Of a stretch of DNA of 64,000 bases, positions 28,501-39,000 are shown piece after piece (the stretch's first letter is position 1; each line of letters starts with the position of its first letter). Both the position numbers and the translations under genes were made by a program. The notes beneath the pieces were generated by a model. That model saw only the letters and a list, made by a program, of their open reading frames with translations. It searched no databases and had not been told where the DNA came from. The stretch lies in NCBI GenBank assembly GCA_947463435.1, contig CANHTS010000001.1, positions 3,700-67,699 on the forward strand, read 5' to 3'. Origin of the DNA: Flavobacteriales bacterium (GTDB taxonomy: Bacteria > Bacteroidota > Bacteroidia > NS11-12g > UBA955).

Positions 28501-28770
28501 TGAGTCAATGAACAGGCAATTGCCAATACCTGCAGCAGTAGTGCTGCTGGTATCGCTCCAACGCATAGCCCGAACATAAAACTTGTACTGGGTATTGGGC
28601 AGCAGGTTGCCAATACGCGCACGGAACACAACGGGAACCGAATGGCTGGAAGCGTTCGACGACATGTACTGCGGGACATTCATGGGCATGAACACCCCCG
28701 CCACAGGCTTTTGTGCATGCAGTCCGGCCAAAGCCAGGACCGTGAGTGCTAAGAGTATAATTTTCTTCAT
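25591..28770 (-). CDS. Calx-beta repeat protein with T9SS type-A C-terminal sorting domain
   Basis: ATG verified at 28770 (MKKIILLALTVLALAGLHAQ); several Calx-beta-like segments (e.g. TIVLALRINGSSGATRGDSLLTIVVTDND); C-terminus VYPNPASGFVQFEAPE...GVYLVRAETQDGRYYSARVTVK. Confidence 0.85.
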   Translation of the reverse strand: MKKIILLALTVLALAGLHAQKPVAGVFMPMNVPQYMSSNASSHSVPVVFRARIGNLLPNTQYKFYVRAMRWSDTSSTTAAGIGNCLFIDSSGQWRNPGTSLSLNNVGQHDTLTTDISGSYEGWFAFYRSSNAAFNAGNVVLPYVQLQAIAGGSTVEKYYADEEITCLTMDTAAGSTKASAIFGISAAAPKSIVGLYDNIDGRGRPLSMTFVEGSGFTIASALAVFYNDSVQGKNGRWGTIIPNDLSNGVRRVTSFDLKSGNALYSNIDSNGIWGWGGTAISTVNPRNAARAIRLSTEECALVPTDFQFWLRSSTIGENAGSTNLLVRRRYANDYSSSVTLFYVGGTASHGTGADINFSTPKSITFKPGYTAFDTTRVTINDDNAVEGQEVATISLRDPVRAGIGLERTHSLFINDNDQSLISFVPKRVTVRESAGRAAITIKMDKAIAAPASVRILVKSRGDSTFIPAEFRLGSTNTDTTVNVGKSTGPDSVVFFARILDDTDVDPNDTIVLALRINGSSGATRGDSLLTIVVTDNDRPPVYSFARRTATVTEKNGNMRIRVNVNGRNDLNSDFIFRYNAAISTATAGSDFTMNPLARIITVTPNDPDSVIIQLPIIDDELSEAPERLIFTISTLTNSTIGKPDTMTVTLLSDDLPAYRIRQISRINSNGVNDSINVRCRVFGVVHGVNLRSSGLQFTVIDTSGAIQVVGSGSAFGYTVREGDSVMVQGRVGQVNGMTVLQNLDTVRRLSTTGFVRTPTNVSSALSETHESRIIRLRNVKLVDPAAWPTTALGANTTKTIAVTDGARTWDVTIDAETNVDGTPAPSTFFNISGIGFQDDNSSPYNSGYALVPRYTADVQNLTFPFISFVPNAGASSEVDDSSLLITVNIANPNAQVQFELAIKGGTAAPNADFNMANRTVVVPSGRSSYTFKVDLFDDNLSEGNETIQLALRKPNWGIEIGADSVYTLTLIDNEANSVNKLNAGTLRVYPNPASGFVQFEAPEALNRMSISDLQGRVLYQSKVQGNMGVASLEGLSAGVYLVRAETQDGRYYSARVTVK

Positions 28771-28829
28771 GGTGCTTGCGCGAACCGCGAAGATAGTTTT
28801 TTTCAACACCTTATGAGATGAACGAACTG

Positions 28830-29567
28830 TCATTTCCCTGTCTCTGTAATCGCGAGTGTGAAGATGCTCAGCGTTTTACAACCGTTTTGAACCAAGGTTT
28901 GTAAGCAGGCTTCGAGGGTGGCTCCGGTAGTCAATACATCATCAACAAGCGCGATATGCCGGCTGCGTGCTTCAACGGGAACTTCAGCCTCAAAGCGGGT
29001 TCCAACGTTTATCCAGCGCGAAATCCTGGACCCCTTGGTCTGCGACACCGTGGTGCGGGTTTTTTTCAACCACTTCGTCTCCAGCCGGCTGCCCCAGGCC
29101 AATGCCATGCCCCGGGCAATCTTCTCGGCCTGGTTGTATCCCCTCAGACGCTGTTTTCCGGGGTGCATCGGCACCGGTAAAAGCAATGCAGGCGGCTGCA
29201 TAAGGGATGCAAGCTCGGTGGCGTATAAAAATCCGAGCCGTTCCGCAAGGCGCGATTGCCCCTGGTACTTGATGGCATGCAATATCTGACGCGTCACCCC
29301 ACCTTCCCTGAAATACAAATAGCTGCCGGCGTGCTGCAATGGAACCCGCCCTGCAAAAATCCTGTGGGCCGCCTGTTCCTTCCTGATATTGAAACCGGTG
29401 TAAGGCAGGCACATCGTGCATTCCAGGCAAATCCAGCTTTCTGCTTCCTCCAATATCCTATTACAGCCCGGACAAGTGCGCGGGTAAAACAAGCGGAAAG
29501 TTTCGCGCATTAGCGTCGAAGGTGCCTGTAAAGTTTGGTACAACAATCCGGGTTTCGCCTTGAACAT
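28830..29567 (-). CDS. ComF-family protein (phosphoribosyltransferase domain)
   Basis: CPGCNRILEEAESWICLECTMCLP zinc-ribbon and LVDDVLTTGATLEA PRTase motif; start ambiguous (29567 or 29612). Confidence 0.65.
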   Translation of the reverse strand: MFKAKPGLLYQTLQAPSTLMRETFRLFYPRTCPGCNRILEEAESWICLECTMCLPYTGFNIRKEQAAHRIFAGRVPLQHAGSYLYFREGGVTRQILHAIKYQGQSRLAERLGFLYATELASLMQPPALLLPVPMHPGKQRLRGYNQAEKIARGMALAWGSRLETKWLKKTRTTVSQTKGSRISRWINVGTRFEAEVPVEARSRHIALVDDVLTTGATLEACLQTLVQNGCKTLSIFTLAITETGK

Positions 29568-29673
29568 GCCACAAAACTCGGATTGGCTTGGGTTCTTATC
29601 CATAAAATACACGCTTATAAACGTTTATTTACGTTCGATGTGCAGAAGCCACAGCCGGGGCTAACTTTGCGGC

Positions 29674-30516
29674 ATGGAAATTCTGCCCGGTCGCATCAAT
29701 CGCCTGCCCATTGCCCGGGCTGTAGATTTTGGCGTTTATCTCGATGCCGGCGAATACGGCGAAATCCTGATGCCCGCACGCTATGTACCTGAAAACGCTA
29801 AACCAGGTGATGTGGTGGATGCCTTTCTCTATTGCGACTCCGAAGACCGCATGGTGGCCACAACCGAAAAACCCGCCGCCCAGGCGGGTGAAATTGCCTG
29901 GTTACCTTGCAAATCAGTCAGTCGTTTCGGGGCCTTCATGGATTGGGGATTGATGAAAGACCTGCTGGTTCCTTTCCGTGAACAAACTGTGCCGATGCAG
30001 GAAGGGAAATCTTACGCAGTACTGGTTTATGTGGATGAGAAGAGCGGTCGCCTCGCAGGAACCGCCCATATCGAAAAGCACCTGAACCGCGGCAGACCGC
30101 TCTATGAGCCAGATACGGAAGTCGACTTACTGATTTACGCCAAATCGGAACTGGGCTATAAAGCTGTGGTTGATCATCGCTTCGGCGGACTGCTGTATTT
30201 CAGTGAAGCATACCGCCCGTTGCAGCCGGGCGATCGTATCACAGGCTACGTGCACCGGGTGAGGGAAGACGGGAAAATCGATCTGCGCAGCCGTCCAACC
30301 GGTTATGCACCCGTGGGTGATACGGCCGGTGAAATCATGGAAAAGCTCAAAGCCGCAGGCGGGTTTCTTCCTTTTACCGATGACAGTGACCCCGACGAAA
30401 TAAGACGCGTCTTTGGTATGAGCAAAAAGCTGTGGAAGAAGGCAACCGGCGCCCTGTATAAACAACGCCGCATTCTGATCGATACCGACGGAATCCGCCT
30501 GCCGACAGAAGACTGA
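29674..30516 (+). CDS. S1-like RNA-binding protein, CvfB/YitL family
   Basis: ATG verified at 29674; repeated S1-like segments (VDFGVYLDAGEYGEILMP; GYKAVVDHRFGGLLYFSE); about 280 aa typical of CvfB. Confidence 0.6.
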   Translation: MEILPGRINRLPIARAVDFGVYLDAGEYGEILMPARYVPENAKPGDVVDAFLYCDSEDRMVATTEKPAAQAGEIAWLPCKSVSRFGAFMDWGLMKDLLVPFREQTVPMQEGKSYAVLVYVDEKSGRLAGTAHIEKHLNRGRPLYEPDTEVDLLIYAKSELGYKAVVDHRFGGLLYFSEAYRPLQPGDRITGYVHRVREDGKIDLRSRPTGYAPVGDTAGEIMEKLKAAGGFLPFTDDSDPDEIRRVFGMSKKLWKKATGALYKQRRILIDTDGIRLPTED

Positions 30517-30599
30517 AGCTTCACATCCGGCCATTGAATTCACCGGCCGTATTGGCTTCCACGGGCTTGCTGTATCTTGCCGCCGGAAAATTCCGGTTC

Positions 30600-31808
30600 A
30601 TGAAAAAACTATCCTGCTACTTTGCACTCCTGTTGGGTGTTGCAGCCGTTCCGCTCGTTGCCCAGGGCCCCGATACGCTGCGGAATAAACCGGGCAGCGC
30701 TTATCTCTTTTCACGCGTAAAAGACAATGCTGCCACACAAGTGCGTAACCAGTGCCAGACCAGTACCTGCTGGAGTTTCAGCACGCTAAGCTTCCTCGAA
30801 AGTGAACTGCTCCGAAAAGGAAAAGGCATTTATAACCTGAGTGAAATGTATGTGGTTCGCCACGCCTATTACGAAAAGGCAGTTATGTACCTGCGAATGG
30901 ACGGCGATCACCGTTTTGATGAGGGTGGGGAAGGCCATGATATTCCCTTGATCATCCGAAAATATGGAATTGTACCTGAGGAAGTGTATCGCGGTCTGGC
31001 ATATAAATCCAATCCCGGCGATACCGTTCACAACCATGGAGAATTGGTGTCTGCACTCAAAGGGCTGGTGAATGCTTACAAGCCGTTTTCACAGGCCGGT
31101 AAACTGAGCCCGGCATGGCAAAAAGCCGTGAATGGTATATTGGATGCGTATTTCGGTCCGCTGCCTGCTTCCTTCCAATACGCCGGTAAAACCTTCACTC
31201 CACAATCTTTCGCGCAATCGCTCGATCTGAACATGGAAGACTATGTAGTGCTTACGTCTTATACACACCAGCCGTTTTACCGCCCTTTTGTGCTGGAACT
31301 TCCGGATAACTGGAGCCTGCAGCAAGCCTATAATATTCCGCTGGAAGAATTCGAAGCTGCTGCCTTTGCCTGTCTGAACAAGGGATACACCTTCGCCTGG
31401 GCTGCCGATGTAAGCGAGAAAGGTTTTTCTTTTAAGGATGGCCTCGCCGTGCTGCCTGTACACGATAGTCTGGTTAAAGCCAAAGGCGAGACGGCGCGCT
31501 TCAGCAACGGACGTGCGGTCAGCGCCTTCGACCAGCCTTATCCGCAGCTGCAAGTGGATGCTGCACTGCGCCAGCAGATGTACGATTACAAAACCACCAC
31601 AGACGACCACGGCATGCAGATGACCGGCTGGTATCGCCTGGCAGACAGTTCGTCCTGGTTCCGCATGCGCAACAGCTGGGGCACGGGCAATGCGCTGCAA
31701 GGTTATCAGATGGTTTCGCTGCCTTATTTCCGTGCCAAAACCATTTCCATCATGCTTCCCATTGAAGCACTCGACAAAGATCTGCGCAAAAAACTCAATC
31801 TGCCCTGA
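30600..31808 (+). CDS. C1-family cysteine peptidase (aminopeptidase C / bleomycin hydrolase-like), secreted
   Basis: Signal peptide MKKLSCYFALLLGVAAVPLVAQG (ATG 30600 verified); catalytic QCQTSTCWSF Cys motif. Confidence 0.75.
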   Translation: MKKLSCYFALLLGVAAVPLVAQGPDTLRNKPGSAYLFSRVKDNAATQVRNQCQTSTCWSFSTLSFLESELLRKGKGIYNLSEMYVVRHAYYEKAVMYLRMDGDHRFDEGGEGHDIPLIIRKYGIVPEEVYRGLAYKSNPGDTVHNHGELVSALKGLVNAYKPFSQAGKLSPAWQKAVNGILDAYFGPLPASFQYAGKTFTPQSFAQSLDLNMEDYVVLTSYTHQPFYRPFVLELPDNWSLQQAYNIPLEEFEAAAFACLNKGYTFAWAADVSEKGFSFKDGLAVLPVHDSLVKAKGETARFSNGRAVSAFDQPYPQLQVDAALRQQMYDYKTTTDDHGMQMTGWYRLADSSSWFRMRNSWGTGNALQGYQMVSLPYFRAKTISIMLPIEALDKDLRKKLNLP

Positions 31809-31841
31809 CAATCTGAAGCACTGAATTTCCGTTCCAACTAT

Positions 31842-31964
31842 ATGAAACGTTCCGCCATCACCCTCCTTGCGCTGCTGCTCCTGGCCGTTTTTGTCCAGTC
31901 GTGTGCATCACGCCGCGGTTGCAGTACCCGCGGCCATACCCGCACTGAAATGGGATGGATGTAA
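31842..31964 (+). CDS. Putative 40-aa lipoprotein micro-ORF
   Basis: ATG 31842, MKRSAITLLALLLLAVFVQSC lipobox, Arg-rich tail; overlaps the PTP start by 10 nt in another frame; below the ORF-track size cutoff. Confidence 0.3.
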   Translation: MKRSAITLLALLLLAVFVQSCASRRGCSTRGHTRTEMGWM

Positions 31965-32467
31965 AAGAACCGGTCTCTGTTCTCTTTGTCTGCCTGGGCA
32001 ATATTTGCCGTTCACCATTGGCAGAAGGACTTTTCCTTCACCATGCTGAAAAGGCCGGAACGTTGGCGCATTTCCGGGTCGACAGCGCCGGTACCAGCGA
32101 TGAACACAGGGGAGAATTGCCCGACCCGCGCACCCGTGCCAACGCGGCCCGACACGGACTGCACCTGAGCAGCCGTTCGAGACAGGTTAAGGTGGACGAC
32201 TTCGGATCCTTCGACTGGATATTGGCAATGGACAGATTGAATCGCAAGAATTTACTCCGTATTCGTCCGGCAGATTTCAAGGCCCGCATGCATTTGTTAT
32301 TGGGTCCGGAATTGTTGACGGCTCCGGAAGAGCAGGAGGTTCCTGATCCGTGGTACGGTGGACCTGAAGGTTTTGAGCGCGTGTTTCAGCTCTTGCATGG
32401 CGCAACGGAGCGTTTGCATGACTTTCTTTGCAAACACCATGGATTATACCAAGAAGCGCGAAGCTGA
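31955..32467 (+). CDS. Low-molecular-weight protein-tyrosine phosphatase
   Basis: VLFVCLGNICRSPLAEG P-loop (CX5R); ATG verified at 31955. Confidence 0.85.
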   Translation: MDVKEPVSVLFVCLGNICRSPLAEGLFLHHAEKAGTLAHFRVDSAGTSDEHRGELPDPRTRANAARHGLHLSSRSRQVKVDDFGSFDWILAMDRLNRKNLLRIRPADFKARMHLLLGPELLTAPEEQEVPDPWYGGPEGFERVFQLLHGATERLHDFLCKHHGLYQEARS

Positions 32468-32930
32468 AATCAAGGCCTGTCTGCCGGCCCTTGCGAACCT
32501 GAAGGCGGATGCTGTTCCGCAATGGGGTGTCTTAAGTGCGCAGGGTATGCTCGAGCACCTCACCTTGGGCATCAAGATCGGCAACGGCAGCCTGGCTCCG
32601 CGTGGCGCTGTTCCGTACGATGAGTACGACGAAGCACGGAAGCAACAGGTAGCCATCTTCGTGGCTTCTGAGGCGCCCTATGCCCGCAACATCATGAATC
32701 CTTTGATGCAAGACAAACCATTCCAAACGCGTAAACCCAATCTGGAAGCGGCGAAGGACTGGTTCAGGGAGGAATTGGACTTATTTTTCCGGTATTGGGA
32801 AGAAAATCCGGATGCCACACGTCTGCATCCAACGCTTGGCCCATTGCCGCGCGACGATTGGTACCGGTTTGAATACCGGCACATCATGCACCATTTCGGG
32901 CAGTTCGGGTTGCTCGCTGATACCGCGTGA
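32439..32930 (+). CDS. Hypothetical protein (about 163 aa; possibly DinB-like helical bundle), start uncertain
   Basis: ORF overlaps the PTP 3' end; His-rich C-terminal HIMHHFGQFG; no confident family assignment. Confidence 0.35.
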   Translation: MDYTKKREAEIKACLPALANLKADAVPQWGVLSAQGMLEHLTLGIKIGNGSLAPRGAVPYDEYDEARKQQVAIFVASEAPYARNIMNPLMQDKPFQTRKPNLEAAKDWFREELDLFFRYWEENPDATRLHPTLGPLPRDDWYRFEYRHIMHHFGQFGLLADTA

Positions 32931-32958
32931 TAACAGGAGTGTTGCACAACAGTTACCC

Positions 32959-32993
32959 AAAAAAAATCCCGCCTTGTGAGCGGGATTTTTTTA
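32959..32993. terminator. Bidirectional rho-independent terminator between convergent genes
   Basis: AAAAAAAA-TCCCGC-cttgtga-GCGGGA-TTTTTTTT: perfect stem flanked by an A-run and a T-run. Confidence 0.8.
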
Positions 32994-33020
32994 TTCCGTG
33001 TGGACTGAACTTGGTGAAGA

Positions 33021-35477
33021 TCAGTTGCGGATAACGCGCTGTGTGATGCTGTGCGAACCGTTACTGAAGGTAGCGAAGTAAACACCTGCTGCCAGCTGGC
33101 TAACGTTGATGTTCTTGGCGTCAGCGCCGTACACACCGATCACTTTTCCGCTCATGTCGCTGAGGGTGATGCTGCCTTTGTTGGCGCCGCTCAGGTTGAT
33201 GAAGAGGGTTTCGTTCGCGGGATTGGGATACACGGTGAAGCGGATGCTGCTGTTGTTACCGGCAGCGATGCTGTTGCTGGCGGCGCCGGTGCGGAGTTCT
33301 TTGCCGCTAACCTGATCGCCGGTTACCAGCATATCGGGCTGGGGAACGCTATTGTCTTCCGCCAGGGCAATCACGAAGTTTGTGTTGGAGCGGTAGGTGT
33401 TGTTGGTGCTGATGACAGCGTTGGAGGTAAAAGTACCGCCAAGGTTGTCCCATGCACTGGTTCCGTCGAACTTGGCCACGCGCAGTTCGGCATCGTTCCA
33501 TGAACCTTTGCCTGCATCGGCGATTTCGAAGTAAGCAGCATCAGAAAGCAATCCACCGCCGCCTGCAGTGCGGTTGGCCGTCCAGTAGCCATCGGCACTC
33601 AGCGAAACGAGGCCGCCGTTCAGCGTAGTTCCAAGTGCGCTGGGGTCGCTGTCTACAAAAGCCACTTCCCATGCATTGCTTCCGCTGCTGTTGTGCAGGA
33701 GGATGGGGCGGTATTTGGTTCCAACGCCAACCGGAAAATTCATGCGGGAGCCGGAAAGGCTAGTGCTGGTGTTTAAGAATACGTTGCCGCGGATGAAGCT
33801 GTTTGCGTTACCACCGAAGATACCATTGGATGCAGTGATGGTGAGATCGTAGCCATCGGGATCCAGGTTGCCTTTCTTCAGGGTGAGGCGGTTCAGGTTG
33901 AGATCAGACTCCAGGCGTACACGGCCGGCGGTCTTGTTGATCATGATCGGGTTGGTCTTGAGCTGGTCTACACTGGCAACCGAAATATCCTGATTGGATT
34001 CTCCTCCGTGTGCTACAAATTCATCCATGCGTGGGTCTGCACCGCTGTGCACGGTTACGTCGTCTTCGAATACAACGACAGCTGAACGCGGGCTGCCTGC
34101 AATGATATCGAGGTCGTTGATGATCCAAAGGGTGTCGTTGGCTGATACACCCCAGATATGGTTTTCACCCGGAGCGTCGATGAAGAGATCGTAGAAGAAT
34201 ACGCGGCTGTTGCCATGATTCCATGCGCTGGATGCAGCGCCGGTGATATAGACTTCACCAGTGCGGGGTTCAAAGGCGTTCCGGCCTGCCATATTCCAAT
34301 AGCTGCCGATGTTCAGGCGATTGGAAGAGGGAGCTACCAGCTGACCGGTTGAGGTTACGGTAATGGGTTCGTTGATGGTGGCGTCTACGTTTTCGTCGAA
34401 CTGAAGTTTGCCGGTGTTTACGTTGATGATACCGTCGCCCAGGTTGATGCTGGCAGCAGAACCTTTCCATACTTTTACAAGGCGGTTGGAGTTCTGCATT
34501 TCAATCGAGAGGGTCCAGTTGGCAACAGAAGGGTTGGTAGAGCCGCTGTTGCAGATAACGTCGGCAACTTTGGTGCCTGCCATGCGGAAGGTTGCATTGT
34601 GGCCTTGTGCACCCACGCCAACCATGTCGAGGGTATCAAAGATTTTTACATTTGAACCGGAGCGGAAGTCGCCGTCTGTGAGGGTAAGTTTGTTGTCAAC
34701 CAACATGGTATCTGTGTTGTCAGAACCGGTGAAGTCATCGCTGGTATTCAGCGCGTTATTGGTTTTGTTAATCACAACGTTCCAGAACTGACAGGTACCG
34801 GTGGTACCAGTGGTGCCACTGCCGGTGCTGAAATGGTAATTCTGCAAGTCGGGGCCATTGAAGATAAAGGTGCTGAAACGATGGTCAAAAGTAGACATCT
34901 TGTGCTTGGCGAAATTGCCTTGCAACACTACGCGTCCTTCCTGAGGTGCTTTGAATTGGCCGTAGGCACCCAAGGTAAGCCCGCCCAGATTAACTACAGA
35001 CTTGAAGCGGGCGCTGAAAAACCCTGCACCTGTCAGATTCAAGGTTCCATTAATGGTCATACCAGCATTGCTGGAGGCGTTCATCATCCCATTTCCGCCG
35101 ATGGTTACGGTGCCAAAGGTTGCGTGGCCGGTATTGGTCATGAAATGGAAAATGGTGCCAGTGAGGTCCAGGCTGTTTGCGTTGAGTACTGTTCCAGTGC
35201 CTTCTACGTAAATCCGGCCTTTGTAACCGTTTGTTATGAGTATATCCTTCACTTCCCAAGAAGAGGGAATACGCGCATCCTTAGTGCCCGTATTGAAGGT
35301 TACGTTGTCGTCGCAATCGGGTACCGTGCTGGAAGACCAGTTGTCGGCATCGAATACGCTCTCAGTGGTGCCGAGACCGGTCCACGAACGGGTTACAGTG
35401 CCGTTGTTGGGGCACTGGGCTTGCGCAGCCGTAATTCCGGCAGCAGCGGCCATGAGGGTTAGAAGTTGTTTTTTCAT
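33021..35477 (-). CDS. T9SS type-A CTD secreted protein, Gly/Asn/Thr-rich (beta-helix/adhesin-like), paralog A (818 aa)
   Basis: ATG verified at 35477; MKKQLLTLMAAAAGITAAQAQC signal peptide; C-terminus VYPNPANETLFINL...GVYFATFSNGSHSITQRVIRN. Confidence 0.8.
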   Translation of the reverse strand: MKKQLLTLMAAAAGITAAQAQCPNNGTVTRSWTGLGTTESVFDADNWSSSTVPDCDDNVTFNTGTKDARIPSSWEVKDILITNGYKGRIYVEGTGTVLNANSLDLTGTIFHFMTNTGHATFGTVTIGGNGMMNASSNAGMTINGTLNLTGAGFFSARFKSVVNLGGLTLGAYGQFKAPQEGRVVLQGNFAKHKMSTFDHRFSTFIFNGPDLQNYHFSTGSGTTGTTGTCQFWNVVINKTNNALNTSDDFTGSDNTDTMLVDNKLTLTDGDFRSGSNVKIFDTLDMVGVGAQGHNATFRMAGTKVADVICNSGSTNPSVANWTLSIEMQNSNRLVKVWKGSAASINLGDGIINVNTGKLQFDENVDATINEPITVTSTGQLVAPSSNRLNIGSYWNMAGRNAFEPRTGEVYITGAASSAWNHGNSRVFFYDLFIDAPGENHIWGVSANDTLWIINDLDIIAGSPRSAVVVFEDDVTVHSGADPRMDEFVAHGGESNQDISVASVDQLKTNPIMINKTAGRVRLESDLNLNRLTLKKGNLDPDGYDLTITASNGIFGGNANSFIRGNVFLNTSTSLSGSRMNFPVGVGTKYRPILLHNSSGSNAWEVAFVDSDPSALGTTLNGGLVSLSADGYWTANRTAGGGGLLSDAAYFEIADAGKGSWNDAELRVAKFDGTSAWDNLGGTFTSNAVISTNNTYRSNTNFVIALAEDNSVPQPDMLVTGDQVSGKELRTGAASNSIAAGNNSSIRFTVYPNPANETLFINLSGANKGSITLSDMSGKVIGVYGADAKNINVSQLAAGVYFATFSNGSHSITQRVIRN

Positions 35478-35911
35478 CTCGTTACAGTTAACAGCGTCAA
35501 AGTTCTCGAGGGGTTACGGCACATCGTGTAGAAGGAATACTACAAACGACACTGCGACACAATATGTATACGTCAACTGGCAAAAAACCGAACAAAATAA
35601 TTAAAATGTTCAACAAAATAACATGTAGAATTAAACGTTAGGTTGTTGACTTCAGGAAAAACTTACTGAATTAAACTAGTCTTTGGGCAGTAGAGAGACA
35701 AAGCCAGGTACTGTAGTTTTATCCCTAAACGGCTCACCAAGTTTATGTCAATGCCCCATAAACAGGAGCAATACACGTTCCCTCCAACCGTATCGGGCTT
35801 TGACCTGGAGGCGTACACTGCCGAATGCTTTGTACCCGGCGGGATACGGAAATGGGCGTCGGAAGGCACACAAGTCCGCATTAGCGCAGCTTGGTTCAGC
35901 TTGGAAATGGC

Positions 35912-35946
35912 GCAAAAAAGAAGTCCCGCCAATGTTGGCGGGACTT
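35912..35946. terminator. Rho-independent terminator of the 1020-aa gene (minus strand)
   Basis: AAGTCCCGCCA-atgt-TGGCGGGACTT, 11-bp stem; followed on the minus-strand transcript by CUUUUUUG. Confidence 0.7.
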
Positions 35947-36000
35947 CAGCTTGTTAATTGTAAACGGTTATCGATGTACCCTTAGCGGGTCAGCCGAAAA

Positions 36001-39000
36001 TCAGTTGCGAATCACGCGCTGGGTGATGCGCTGGCTTCCATTGCTGAAAGTAGCGAAGTACACGCCGGCGGCGAAGTTGCTCATGTTGATGCTGCGGGTT
36101 TCAGCGCTGTATACGCCGAGTACCTTGCCGCTGAGATCGCTGAGGGTGATGCTGCCTTTATCGGCGCCGCTCAGGGCGATGTTCAGGGTTTCGGCCACAG
36201 GGTTCGGGAATACATTGAAGCTGATGGCTGACTGAGCCATTGCCTGGCTGTTGCCGCTGGCAGTGTTGTTCACCAGGTTGAGTTCGTTGCCGCTGATGCC
36301 TTCGTTGTGCAAGGCAATGGGAGCGGGTACGTTGTCAACACCGATGGTGAATACGCGCGTGCCGTTGCTGGTCCAGTCGGAGGTACTGGCCAACACCATG
36401 TCACTGCTGGCACCTGTATTAGGGCCGTAGTTAGACCAAGTGCTGGCGGATGCATTCCAGCGGGCTATGCGGATATTGGCATCGTTCCAGCCTGCATCCT
36501 TGCCGAGGGTGGAAAGCTGTACGAAAGCAGCATTTGTAGAAGCACCACCGCCTGAACGCGCTACAATCCAATATTCGGATGTAGAGAATGCATCGATGCC
36601 ATGTGTGCCGGCGTTGCCGAGATCGGTGGCAGTATCGCTTGCAACATAGGTTACAGTCCAAACATTGGTGGTGTTGGATGCATGCAGTTGCACTGGGCGA
36701 TATTTGTTGCCACGACCAACCGGAATGAAATAGCGGCTGCCGGACCACGCACTGCTACTACTAATGGTTACTGCACCTTCGATGAAGGACGTACTGTTGC
36801 CGCCTAAGATACTGTTGGCGCCGAATATGGTCAGTGTTTGTCCGCCGCTGTTGAGCAATCCATTGGTCAGGCGGAGCCTGTTCAGGCGCACAGCGCTGGC
36901 ACAGGTAACAGTACCTGCAGTTTTGTCAAGGGTAAGGCCCTCGTCGCGGATAAGGTCGTCGTCGTTGAAGGAAATGGTCTGGTTGTTGCCACCCATGGCT
37001 TTAACAGTGGTCATCGCCATTGACCCACTGGAGGAGGTAAAATTACCTTCAAATACGAGGTTTGCACCATTGAAAGCGCCTGATGTCTGGCGCAGGTTGC
37101 CTTTTACAATCACAGAGTCAGTGCTGTTGAAGGTTCTGGTTCCAATGGTGTTCACCAGCAGGTTGTTGAAGATAACCGCAGCGCCATTTATGTTGTATTG
37201 GTTAGTTGAGGTGCCAAGAGAAATGGTGCCGCTCTTCGCATTCAGCGCATTGCGGTTGGCGAAATTCCAGCTGCCTCGGATGGTGAGGGTATCAGTAGCT
37301 GGCGCTTCCACGCGCCCGTTGGCACCTACCAGGAATTTAACACTTGCGCCTACGCCTGTAGCGATAACAGCATCTTTGTTGTCGAAGGAAAGTGTACCTC
37401 TGCGTACATCCAGACCATTGTTGGTTCCGTTTGTAGCACCAACGGAAATGGTATTTCCAGTGGCCACTGCTGATACGACGTTGCTTGAGCTGGCTTTATC
37501 GATGATGATACGGCCACTTTGAATCAGGGCGTCGCCGCGGTACTCGGTATTGGCATTGCCGCCAAGAACGATTATCTGACCAGAGGAATATGTGTTGGCC
37601 GAAACGCTGGATTGAACGTCCAGGTCACCGTTCACGTAAACTACGGCTTCGTCGCTTGCCGTTCCGGTGTAACTGAACATACCGGCCTTGATAACCAGGT
37701 CGTTCAGTACCTCGAGGGTGTCGTTCGAACCGATGACAACCGGGGCGGAAGCGTTGGCAGTATTCGCCGTGATATTGTAGAATGCTCTGCGAGCTCCACC
37801 ACCGAAAGAAGTACTCACGGTGTTAGTACCTGTGAACTCCAATGTGCTCTGGTTTGGAACAACTGTACCGAGTATGGATATGGTCGTAGCGTCCATTTTT
37901 ACGGTAGCCGCAGCAGGCATGTCAAGCGTCGCGTTAGCGCCGATAGTGAATGCACGGTTGGGGATATTCACGGTCACATCGTCGGGGAATGCGATCGTTC
38001 CGCGCTCTGCATTGATGATAGCAGCTGGCATAGTAACTTCGCTGTGGCTGCCTTTGCGGAAGTTCAGAATGGAACCATTGCTTTCTTTCTTAACAATCAG
38101 TGGCATACCGGATGACCCTTTGGTCAGATTGTTGTTGAGAATCAAATCGGCGGTCTTGTTGCCACCGCAGTAGATGGTGCCCGAGTGACCATCGCGGCCT
38201 TCACCAAGCAATTCAAGTGTATCGTGGAACATGAACTGGCCGCTAGCGAGGTCGCCTGCAATTACAGTCAGACGGTTTTCAATGATCACGGTATCCGTGC
38301 CGTCAGTAAGCGACCAGTTGTCTGGATTAGGCACGGTGCCAGCGGGTTTATTCAGGTTTACATTCCAGAACTTGATGGTACCTGCTGAAGTATTCGCACC
38401 ACTACCACCATGACTGGCGCTAACTGATTGACTAACGGCTGAGTTGATGTTCCAAGTGCTGGAGCGGGCATCGAAGGTGGATATTTTTGCCTTCTGGATG
38501 TTGCCGGTTATGTTCACGATGCCTTTTTCCGGACATTTCATTTGACTGAAGGCATTCACTACAAGGGCATTCAGATTCACTGTAGACCCGGTGCGGAAGG
38601 AAATAAATCCACCTGCGTCCAAAGTAAGTGTGGCACTGATGCTCATACCGGCGCGGCTGGAATAATTCATCATACCGTTACTGCCTACGGAAACGCTTCC
38701 GAAACGGCAATGCCCGATTTCGGGGTTGAAAGTTACCACTGTTGCATCCATGTTGAAACCTGCAGCTTCGATCACAGTAGCGGTTCCGGAAACCACGATA
38801 CGGCCTTTGTAATCGGGGTTTACGTTGATAATGCCAGTAGTGATGAAAGAATCAGGAATTTCGCAGTTCTTGTTGCTGGCATTTCCGAAGGCAACGTTGT
38901 CATTGCAATCGGGCACCGTGTTGTTGGTCCAGTTTTCCGGAGTGAAGAAGTTTTCGTCGGCACCGCCGCCATCCCAGGTACGGGTTTGGGCTCCACCGCA

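Noticed and set aside
35745-35957. 70-aa plus-strand ORF
   Set aside because: Overlaps the strong terminator hairpin of the 1020-aa gene and has no supporting features.
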